Of a DNA stretch of 64,000 nucleotides, positions 46,652-55,494 are shown one piece after another (within the stretch, counting starts at the first letter, position 1; each line of letters begins with the position of its first letter). This DNA comes from Candidatus Promineofilum glycogenicum (GTDB lineage Bacteria; Chloroflexota; Anaerolineae; Promineifilales; Promineifilaceae), in assembly GCA_016707605.1 (NCBI GenBank), contig JADJHJ010000010.1, forward strand, positions 176,556 through 240,555, read 5' to 3'. The position numbers were made by a program, and so were the translations under genes. Under the pieces are notes generated by a model, which worked only from the letters and a program-made list of their open reading frames with translations, did not search any database and was not told the origin of the DNA.

Positions 46652-49600
46652 GTGGGCACGCTGTGGCGGAAGACGTGGCGCGATTTGTGGCTCTTCAAGG
46701 CGCGGACGGCGCTGGTGGTGCTGGCCATCGCCGTGGGCACGGCCGCGGCCGGGGTGGCCGTGACCAGCCTCATCGTCCTGCGCCGCGACCTGCGCGACGG
46801 CTACCGGGCCACCAATCCGGCCCACGCCATTCTCGACACCTCCCCCTTCGATCCGGCCTTGGCCCAGCGCGTGGCCGAGCGGCCGGGCGTGGCCGCGGCC
46901 GAGGCGCGGCGGGTGGATTCGGCCCGGTTGTTGGTTGCCGCGTGTGAAGACCCTGCCCTCTCCGTGCGTCGCACCTTCTAGGGTGCGTCGCACGTCTCTT
47001 ATGCAGCGGCTGGCGGAGAGGTGCAACGCACTGCGGAAAGTGCGATGCACCGGGCGCTCTCCGTGCGTCGCACCTTCTGGGGTGCGTCGCACGTCTCTTA
47101 TGCAGCGGCTGGCGGAGAGGTGCAACGCACTGCGGAAAGTGCGATGCACCGGGCGCTCTCCGTGCGTCGCACCTTCTGGGGTGCGTCGCACGTCTCTTAT
47201 GCAGCGGCTCTCGGAGAGGTGCAACGCACTGCGGAAAGTGCGATGCACCGGGCGCCTCCGTGCGTCGCACCTTCTGGGTGCGTCGCCGTCAGCGGCTTCG
47301 GAGAGGTGCGACACGGAAAGTGCGATGCACCGGGCAAGTGCGATGCACCAGGAGTGCACGGTGGAGACGCGCCAGGTGGTGCTATGGACTCTGCCCGACG
47401 CCCCGCCAACCATCGGGCGTCTGTTGCCCCAGGATGGCGCGCCCGTGCCCCCGCCGCCGGGCACGCTGCTGCTGGAGCGCTCCGCCCAGGCGGTGCTGCC
47501 CATCGCTGTGGGCGACACGGTGACGCTGCGGCTGAGCGACGGCGACACCTTTCGCCTGACCGTGGCCGGCTTCGTCAACGACATGGCCGTGCCGCCGACG
47601 ACCGTCCAGCCGACCGTCTTCGCCTACATCGCCGACGCCACGGCGGCCCGGCTGGGGCTGGGGGAGCAGGCCAATCAGTTGTTCATTCGCCTTGGCCCCT
47701 TGACGCCTTGGCGTGAGCTCTCTTCCCTGGCCCCTGGCCCCTGGCCCCTAGAACCTACCCGAGCGGAAGTCGAGACAACCGTCACCGCCGTCACCGACTG
47801 GCTGGAAGACGAGGGCGTCGTCGTAGCGCGGGCGGGCATCCCGGAGCCGGGCGTCCACTTGATGCAGGGCAACGTCGACACCGGCCTGCTGATGGTCGGC
47901 ATCCTGGGCGGGCTGACGCTGCTGTTGAGCGCCTTCCTGGTGGCCAACGTCGTCGGCGCGGTCATTGCCCAGCAGACGGCGCAGATCGGCGTGCTGAAGG
48001 CGCTGGGCGGCGGGCGGGGGCTGGTGTTGCGTCTCTACGGGCGGCTGGTGCTCATCTTCGGCGGGCTGGCCCTGCTGCTGGCCGTGCCGTTGGGGCTGGT
48101 GGGAGCGTGGTTCATGTCGTCCACGCTGGCGGCGCAACTCAACTACGACATCCCCTCGTTTGGGCTGACGGCAGGCACGCTACTGGTGCAGGCCGCGGGG
48201 GCACTGCTGGTGCCGCTGCTGGCGGCGCTCGGCCCGGTGTTGGCGGCGGCGCGGCTGCCCGTGCGCGACGCCTTGGCCGGCGAGAAGAGCTCACGCAAAG
48301 GCGCAAAGGAAGAAAAGGCGCAAAGGAAGAAAAGAAAGAACACCACTTCTTCCTTTTCTTACTTCTCTTCTTTGCGCCTTGGCCCCTTTGCGCCTTGGCG
48401 TGAGCTCTCTTCCCCGGCCCCTAGCCCCTGGCCCCTGGCCCCTCGCCTGGGCCTGCGCAACGTCGCCCGCCGCCCGGCGCGGCTGGCCCTGACCGTGGCG
48501 GCGCTGGCGCTGGCCGGGGCGCTGTTCATGGCCACCTTCGGCCTGCGGCTGGGGCTGTACGAGGCGATAGAGATTCTGGTGGGCGAGTTCCCCAGTGACG
48601 TGATCATCGACCTGGAGCAGCCGCAAGCCGTGGCCCGGCTGCGGCGGGCTGCCGATGAGGTAGAAACCGAGTTTCTTCTTAGAAACTCGGTTTCTAGCCG
48701 GGTGGAGCTGTGGGGCGTGGCCGACGCGCGGCGGCTCTACCCCGACGGCCGCGCCGGCAGCAGCTTCACCCTCTACGGCGTGCCGCCCACGACACAGATC
48801 GCGCCGTTTGCCGAACGGGCCGGACGCTGGCTGGGAAAGGATGAAGGCGGAAGGCTGAGGGATGATTCATCCCTCAGCCTTCCGCCTTCATCTTTGTATA
48901 TCAACTACGAGGCCGAGAAGCTACTGGGCCGGCCGGGCGTGGGCGACGAGTTGGCGCTGCGGCTGAACGGGCGCGAGGACGTGGCCGCGCACCTGGTGGG
49001 CATCAGCCTGCGGCCGTTCGACGCCCTGGCCTACATGCCCATCGCCGACTTCGAGCGGGCGACGGGGGAGCGGGGGCGGGCGGGGCGTGTTGTTGTTTAT
49101 CTGGAGGAAGACGCTCACGCCAAGGCGCAAAGAAGCGAAGGCGCAAAGGAAGAACAAGAAGTTCTTTCTTCTCTTCCTTTGCGCCTTGGCCCCTTAGCGC
49201 CTTTGCGTGAGCGTCTTTCGGCAGCGGCCGTGGCCGACGAACTTACCGCCCGCCTCGAAGCCGCCGGCATCGCCGTGGCCCGCACGGAGACGGCCGACGG
49301 CCAGCGCGCCGCCTACCGGGCGCAGTTCGACACGCTGGTGCTGCTGCTGATGAGTCTGGCCGGGCTGACGGCGCTGGTCGGCGGGCTGGGGCTGGGCAAC
49401 ACGATGGCCCTCAACGTGCTGGAGCGGTCGCGGGAGATCGGCGTGCTGCGGGCGCTGGGGGCGCGGCGGCCGTTGCTGCGGCGGCTGGTGCTGGCCGAGG
49501 GGCTGCTCATCGCCCTGGGCAGCGTGGCCCTGGCCGTGCCCCTGGCTGTGCCCCTGACGCTGGCCCTCGACCGGGTCATGGGCGTGTCGCTGCTGGGCAG

Positions 49601-49739
49601 CCCGCTGACCTTCGCCTTCTCTGCCCCGGCGGCGGTGGGCTGGCTGGCGCTGGTGCTGCTCATCGCCGTGGTGGCTTGCTGGCTGCCGGCGGAGCGGGCG
49701 GGGCGGATGACGGTTAGGGAGGCGTTGGCGTATGAGTAG
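46652..49739 (+). CDS. ABC transporter permease with MacB-type periplasmic domain and two FtsX-like TM modules, carrying a 120-bp x3 tandem array and at least five further in-frame palindromic-element insertions; in-frame TAG and frame change inside the array (46979)
   Basis: ORF 46652..46981 (TM1 plus the start of the periplasmic domain) ends at TAG in array copy 1 (copies 2 and 3 have TGG). ORF 46935..49739 reads through the array in another frame and continues ...TVETRQVVLWTLPDAP... to FtsX1, a second periplasmic domain and FtsX2. In-frame elements lie at 47695-47760 (ccagg), 48285-48450 (gcaaag plus ccagg), 48655-48700 (gaaaccgag), 48835-48895 (perfect 53-bp palindrome) and 49100-49215 (gcaaag). 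Confidence 0.55.
46951..47340. repeat. Tandem array: 3 full copies plus a degenerate copy of a 120-bp unit ('tgcgtcgcac' family), in frame within the permease gene
   Basis: The unit ctccgtgcgtcgcaccttctggggtgcgtcgcacgtctcttatgcagcggctggcggagaggtgcaacgcactgcggaaagtgcgatgcaccgggcgct repeats at 46963, 47083 and 47203. Copy 1 has TAG where the others have TGG. Confidence 0.8.
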
Positions 49740-49810
49740 GAGTTAGGGATTAGGGATTAGGGGAAGAGCGCTCTTCCCCTAATCCCTAATCCTAGCCCCT
49801 AATCCCTGGC
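49740..49810. repeat. 'gggatta' family palindromic element
   Basis: gagttagggattagggattaggggaagagcgctcttcccctaatccctaatcctagcccctaatccctggcccc. Confidence 0.75.
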
Positions 49811-49997
49811 CCCTTCCTAACGAGCGTCCGGAAGCGAGTCAACAAATAGAGCGATGACCTGCCGCAACTGGGCGTTGTCGTCGCCTGTAGTCAACGCGGC
49901 GCGCGCCCCATCGATCAGACGGCGCGCCTCCTCCACATCCCCTTCCACCAGCGCCACGCGCCCCAGAAAGGTCAGCGCCAGACTCTCCATGTCGTCT

Positions 49998-50042
49998 GAG
50001 CACTAGAAACCGAGTTTCTTCCGAGAAACTCGGTTTCTAGGT
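49998..50042. repeat. 'gaaaccgagtttc' family palindrome
   Basis: ctagaaaccgagtttcttccgagaaactcggtttctag; other copies at 43505, 48660 and 59350. Confidence 0.75.
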
Positions 50043-50132
50043 CCTTGCGCCTTTTGCCACTTAGCGCCTTTGCGTGACCTCTCCTATAATAGAGCCACCA
50101 CACGCCGTAACCCGGCCGACAAGGAGCAGCCC

Positions 50133-51535
50133 ATGCCCAAACCCACCACAAGCCCCTGACCGACACCGTTTACACCCGCGCCCCCTACTGGGCCGACGTG
50201 CCCGACGAGCAATGGATGGATTGGCGCTGGCAGATGTCCAACCGCCTCAACTCGGCCGACGAGCTGGCCCGCGTCATCAACCTGACCGACTCCGAACGCC
50301 GCGCCCTCTCCGCCAAGGGCCTCTTCCGCGTCGACATCACCCCCTACTTCGCCAGCCTCATCGACCCCAACGACCCCCTCTGCCCCGTCCGCAAGCAGGT
50401 CATCCCCACCGACCGCGAGATGGTTCCCTTCCAGTCGATGATGGAAGACAGCCTGGCCGAGGACAAGCACTCGCCCGTGCCCGGCCTCGTCCACCGCTAC
50501 CCCGACCGGGTGCTGATGCTCATCACCACCCAGTGCGCCAGCTACTGCCGCTACTGCACCCGCAGCCGCATCGTCGGCGACCCGACCCAGACCTTCAGCC
50601 GGGCCGAGTTCGACGCCCAGATCGACTACATCGAGCGCACGCCGCAGATCCGCGACGTGCTGCTGAGTGGCGGCGACCCGATGGTGCTGGCCCCCAGGCT
50701 GCTGGACATGATCCTCGGCCGCCTGCGGGCCATCCCCCACGTCGAGATCATCCGCATCGGCTCGCGCGTGCCCGTCTTCCTGCCCATGCGCGTCACGCCC
50801 GAGTTCTGCGACATGCTCGACAAGTACCACCCGTTCTGGCTCAACATCCACGTCAACCACCCCAAGGAGATCACCCCCGAACTGGCCGCGGCCGCCGACC
50901 GGCTGACCCGCGCCGGCGTGCCCCTGGGCAACCAGAGCGTGCTGCTGGCCGGGGTCAACGACTCCGTCCACATTCAGCGCAAACTGGTGCATGAGCTGGT
51001 CAAGATTCGCGTCCGCCCCTACTACCTCTACCAGTGCGACCTGGTCGAAGGCTCCGGCCACCTGCGGACGACGGTCAGCAAGGGCATCGAGATCATCGAA
51101 GGGCTGCGCGGCCACACGTCGGGCTACGCCGTGCCCCAGTACGTCGTCGACGCCCCCGGCGGCGGCGGCAAGATCCCGGTCATGCCCAACTACGTCATCA
51201 GCCAGGCCCCCGGCAAGGTCGTGCTGCGCAACTTCGAGGGCTTCATCACCACCTACACCGAGCCGCTGGACTACGATCCGCACGAGATTCAGCACCAGGA
51301 AGCGCTCATCGCCCGCCGCCCGGAGCCGGGGCAGGAGGGCGTGCTGGCCCTGCTGGAAGGGGAGCGCATGGCCATCGAGCCGGAGGGCTTCGGCGACACC
51401 CACGCCCGCGGCGGCGGCGAACACCGCCTGCGCAGCGGCGACATCGCCCAGAAGTGGCAGCCCCTCGGCGTCGGCTCCATCGAAGTCCATAAGCCGCGGG
51501 AGCGGCTGGCGTCGGGGAACAACGAGACGGAGTAA
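50133..51535 (+). CDS. kamA: L-lysine 2,3-aminomutase (radical SAM, KamA family); apparent 1-nt frameshift between ATG 50133 and ~50160
   Basis: ...YWADVPDEQWMDWRWQ..., CASYCRYCTRSR (CxxxCxxC), GGDPM and the C-terminal region align with B. subtilis KamA over its full length. AAGGAG RBS 7 nt before ATG 50133 (MPKPTTSP* in frame 0). The KamA frame is open from 50111 but has no good start; the indel is probably in the ccc/cccc runs. Confidence 0.85.
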
Positions 51536-51640
51536 GAAAAGAATCTCACGCAAAGACGCAAAGAACGCCAAGCTTCTGAAGCTTGGCGTTCTTTGCGTCT
51601 TTGCGTGAGATTCTTTCTTTGCGTCTTTGCGTCTTTGCGT
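51536..51640. repeat. 'gcaaag' family palindromic element
   Basis: aagaatctcacgcaaagacgcaaagaacgccaagcttctgaagcttggcgttctttgcgtctttgcgtgagattctt. Confidence 0.85.
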
Positions 51641-51683
51641 TAAATTCTGAGTGTCCTAGCGTTGTACTCTTGGCGTTGTTTCC

Positions 51684-53777
51684 ATGACCGATAGCGCCGA
51701 CGACACCCTGACCGCCTCCACCGCAGGCTTATCGCCCACGGTGGTTAGCCACGTCGAAGGCGAGGCCGTCATCATCGGCGACAACGCCCGCCAGCAGATC
51801 AGCTACTACGGCGACATCATCGTCCGCGTCGATTCGCTGGAGGAGCTGCCGCCGAAGCCGGGCGAGCCGCCCTACAAGGGCCTGACCTACTACACCGAGG
51901 CCGACGAGGCCATCTTCTTCGGCCGCGAGCAACTGAGCGACGACCTGGCCGCCCGGTTGCAAACGACGCCCTTCCTGGCCGTGGCCGGGGCGTCGGGCAG
52001 CGGCAAGTCGTCGCTGTTGCGCGCCGGGGTCATTCCCCGCTTGCGGCGGCGCAACTGGCTGACCACCATCCTGACCCCCACGGCCGACCCACTGGGCCAA
52101 CTGGCGGCCGGCCTGTGCCGCGACGAGACCGACCTTAGCGCCGCCGACGCCCTGCGCGCCCAACTGGCCGCCGACCCGCAGACGTTGCGCCGCAAGGCCG
52201 ACCAACTGCTGGCCCGCGCCGGGGCCGGCCGGCTGCTGCTCATCGTCGACCAGTTCGAGGAGTTGTTCACCCAGTGCCACGACGAGGCCGGGCGGCGGGC
52301 GTTCATCGACAACCTGCTGGCCGCGGCGCGGGCCAACGGCCGGGCGACCGTCCTCATCGGCCTGCGGGCCGACTTTATGGGCCGGCTGACCGAGGTCGAA
52401 GAGTTGCGGGCGCTGGTGGAGCAGAACTTCGCCTTGCTGGGGCCGATGCAGCAGGAAGACCTGGTGCGGGTCATCGCCGAGCCGGCGCGCATCGGCGGCT
52501 GGGCCTTCGTCAGCGGCCTGGTCGAGCAGTTCCTGAGCGACGTGGGCCAGGAGCCGGGGCGGCTGCCGCTGCTATCCCACGCCCTGCTGGAGACGTGGGC
52601 GCGGCGGGCCGGGCACGTCATGACGCTGAAGGGCTACCGCGCCGCCGGCGGCGTCGAAGGGGCCATCGCCAAAACGGCCGAGGACACCTTGCGCCGGCTG
52701 GACGGGCCGGGCGAACAGGCCATTGTGCAGGCCATTTTCCTCTCCCTCACCGAGTTAGGCGAGGGATCGGAGGACACGCGCCGCATTGCCCGGCGCGACG
52801 AACTGGCGCGGGCCGGCAACCCGGCGGCGGTCGACGCCGTACTCAACACGCTGGCCGGGGCGCGGCTGGTGACGCTCGAAGCCGACAGCGTCCAGGTGGC
52901 CCACGAAGCGCTCATCCGCCGCTGGCCGCGGTTGCGCGAGTGGCTGGCCGACAACCGCGAGCGGCTGCGGTTTGAGCGGCAGTTGGAGGCGGACGCGGCC
53001 GAATGGCAGCGCCTCAGGCGCGACCCCGGCGCGCTTTATCGTGGGGCGCGGTTGGTTCAGGCGCAGGAGTGGATGCAGAACGGACGTGCTTTGTCGCCTC
53101 TCGTGAGCGAGTTCATGAGCGCGTCGGCAGTGGAGGCGGAGGAAGAGGCGCGGCAGGCACAGCAGTTGGCGCGGGCGGGGCTGGTGCGTCGGTTTTTGTA
53201 TATAGCGGCCGGGTTGGCGGCGGTTGCGGTTTTGGCGGCGATTATAGCCGGGATATTTGGTTACCAGCAGAATCAAACGGCCGGCGCCCTGTCAATCGAG
53301 ACGACCCGCGCTGTATCGGCCGAAGTAGACGCGAACGAGGCGCGAGCGACCTCCGAGTTCAATGAAGCGGAGGCCCAGGCGGCGCGAGCCACGTCCGAAG
53401 CCAATGCGGAGGAGGCCGTTAGTGCCGAAGCCACGGCCGTGGTCGCTCAGGGCGAGGCCGAAGCAGCACGGGCTGAGGTCGAACGGTTGAACCGGGTGAC
53501 CCGCGCCCAACGGCTGGCAGCCGAAGCCGAGAATTTATTAGTACGAGATCCGGAAGATGCGCTCCTGCTGGCTGCAGCCGCCTATCAAGGCACGAATTTG
53601 AGACATGGAACGACTACCGGCGAAGCGCGTGCGGCTTTGTATCATGCACTGGCCTCTCCTTACGAAACTACTTTAATGGTGTACGAAAATGAAACCTTTA
53701 TGCCCTTAATAGAAGCTGGACGAACTGAAGAGGTGTGGTCTGGTCACCTGCATTCAGCCCGGACGGAACGCGGGTAA
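51684..53777 (+). CDS. STAND-class P-loop NTPase (NACHT/nSTAND-like, of the type usually fused to WD40) with winged-helix region, one TM helix and coiled coil; runs into the WD40 repeats after a frame break
   Basis: YKGLTYYTEADEAIFFGRE, Walker A AVAGASGSGKSSLLRAG and Walker B LLLIVDQFEELF match the NTPase found in bacterial NACHT/WD40 proteins. The TM segment is FLYIAAGLAAVAVLAAIIAGIFGY; an Ala/Glu-rich coiled coil follows. Confidence 0.7.
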   Translation: MTDSADDTLTASTAGLSPTVVSHVEGEAVIIGDNARQQISYYGDIIVRVDSLEELPPKPGEPPYKGLTYYTEADEAIFFGREQLSDDLAARLQTTPFLAVAGASGSGKSSLLRAGVIPRLRRRNWLTTILTPTADPLGQLAAGLCRDETDLSAADALRAQLAADPQTLRRKADQLLARAGAGRLLLIVDQFEELFTQCHDEAGRRAFIDNLLAAARANGRATVLIGLRADFMGRLTEVEELRALVEQNFALLGPMQQEDLVRVIAEPARIGGWAFVSGLVEQFLSDVGQEPGRLPLLSHALLETWARRAGHVMTLKGYRAAGGVEGAIAKTAEDTLRRLDGPGEQAIVQAIFLSLTELGEGSEDTRRIARRDELARAGNPAAVDAVLNTLAGARLVTLEADSVQVAHEALIRRWPRLREWLADNRERLRFERQLEADAAEWQRLRRDPGALYRGARLVQAQEWMQNGRALSPLVSEFMSASAVEAEEEARQAQQLARAGLVRRFLYIAAGLAAVAVLAAIIAGIFGYQQNQTAGALSIETTRAVSAEVDANEARATSEFNEAEAQAARATSEANAEEAVSAEATAVVAQGEAEAARAEVERLNRVTRAQRLAAEAENLLVRDPEDALLLAAAAYQGTNLRHGTTTGEARAALYHALASPYETTLMVYENETFMPLIEAGRTEEVWSGHLHSARTERG

Positions 53778-55360
53778 TGACAGCGAGTTGGGACGGCGTG
53801 GCGCGGTTGTGGGACGCAGCTAGCGGGGAAGTAGGTCCCGAGGGTGGGGTCAATTCCGCGGTCTTCAGTCCGGACGGAACATTCGTGGCGACGGCGGGCG
53901 GTGACGGAGCGGCCCGGCTGTGGGACGCTGAGAACGGCGCGGAACTGGCCGTACTGCAAGGTCCCGGGGATGGGATCAGGATTATCGTCTTCAGTCCAGA
54001 TGGCACGCGAGTCGTCACGGTGAGTGATGGGACGCCGCAGCTATGGGATGTTGAGAGCGGCATGGAACTGGGCGTGCTGATCGGGCATGAGTCTATGGTT
54101 CAGTCCGTGGCGTTCAGTTCCGGATGGCACGCAGTTGGTTACGGCAGGCGCTGATGAGACCGCGCGCCTATGGGACGTTGCGAGCAGGGAGGAACTGGCT
54201 GTGCTGGCAGGTCATGAGGGATGGGTCAATTCCGCGGTGTTCAGTCCGGATGGCATGCGCGTGTTGACGGCAAGTGAAGATATGACCGCGCGGCTGTGGG
54301 ACGCTAAGAGCGGTGCGGAATTGACCATGCTGGCAGGGCATCGTGACCGCCTTACCTCAGCGGTATTCAGTCCAGACGGGACACGTATAGTAACCACCAG
54401 CCGTGACGGGACCGCGCGACTGTGGGACGTCAGAAGAGGGATGGAATTAGCCACAATGGTCGAGCATACTATGATAGTCAATTCCGCTGCGTTCAACCCG
54501 GATGGGACGCAGGTGGCAACGGCAGGATGGGACTTGACTGTACGGGTGTGGGACGCTGAGAGCGGCGAGGCGCCGGCCATGCTGGAAGGTCACGACGATC
54601 TAATCAGATCCGTCGCCTTCAGCCCCAATGGTGAACAACTGGTGACGGCGAGCCATGATGGAACAGCGCGGCTATGGGACGTGGCGAGCAGGGAGGAACT
54701 GGCTGTGCTGGAAGGTCATGAGGGTTGGGTCATGTCCGCGGTCTTTAACCCGGACGGAACGAAGGTGATCACGACGGGCTTGGATGGAACAGTGCGGTTG
54801 TGGGACACGGGAACCAGGACAGAGTTGGCCATCCTGAGTCTATATGAAGCAATAATCGATCACCCGTCATTCAGTCCTGAGACATCAGGGATAGTAGCGA
54901 TAAGTGCGGACTTTACGCGGTTAGTAATATCAGGCGCAGACGGGATGGCATGGCTGTGGGACTTAGCCAGCTCTGATCCAGCTGTTGAATTGGCCGGGCA
55001 CAGACGAACCATCTTCTCTGCGGCGTTCAGCCCGGACGGAACGATGGTTGTAACAACGAGCGCTGATGGCACGGCGCGAGTGTGGAAGACGGTGACTGGC
55101 GAGCTTCTGGCCGTGCTGGATGGACACAAAGATTTGGTATGGGCCGCGGCGTTCAGCCCCGACGGGACGCGGGTGGTAACAGCGAGCTGGGACGAAACGG
55201 CCCGACTGTGGGACGCGACCAGTGGGCGTCAACTGGACATATTTACTGGCGATGGAGATAAGTCTCAGCTGTTTTCAGTCCAGACGGATCTCGGGTGGTA
55301 ACGGCAGCCAACAACGGGACGGTGCGAATCTGGGCCGTGGCAGCGTGCCTTTGGAAATGA
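53735..55360 (+). pseudogene. WD40 beta-propeller repeat region (~13 repeats), probably the C-terminal half of the STAND gene; split by at least three 1-nt frameshifts (~53735-53760, ~54115-54122, ~55255-55275)
   Basis: Repeated 'VxSAVFSPDGTRVxTAS.DGTARLWD' units across ORFs 53735..54154, 54087..55301 and the frame ending TGA 55358-55360 (...VFSPDGSRVVTAANNGTVRIWAVAACLWK*). 'gcgttcagttccggatgg' carries an extra t relative to the other eight repeats (gcgttcagtccggatgg). Confidence 0.6.
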
Positions 55361-55491
55361 TCGCTGAAGCGCAGCGGCGACTACAGCGCGAACCAACCGC
55401 CATCATCCCCGACTTCTGCTCCCGCTACTACCAGGACGCCCCCAACGACTGCCCCGACACCCTCGCCAAACTCTTCCCGGAGGACAACTAA
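55357..55491 (+). CDS. Small ORF (44 aa) translationally coupled (ATGA overlap) to the WD40 gene end
   Basis: MIAEAQRRLQREPTAIIPDFCSRYYQDAPNDCPDTLAKLFPEDN. The ATG overlaps the WD40 stop, and the next gene starts 4 nt after its stop. No recognisable motif. Confidence 0.3.
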   Translation: MIAEAQRRLQREPTAIIPDFCSRYYQDAPNDCPDTLAKLFPEDN

Positions 55492-55494
55492 CCC

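Noticed and set aside
46951-47340. Regularly spaced direct repeats that could be mistaken for a CRISPR array
   Set aside because: The 120-bp units are contiguous with no unique spacers, are themselves copies of a dispersed palindromic family, and lie inside a coding frame. There are no cas genes in the window.
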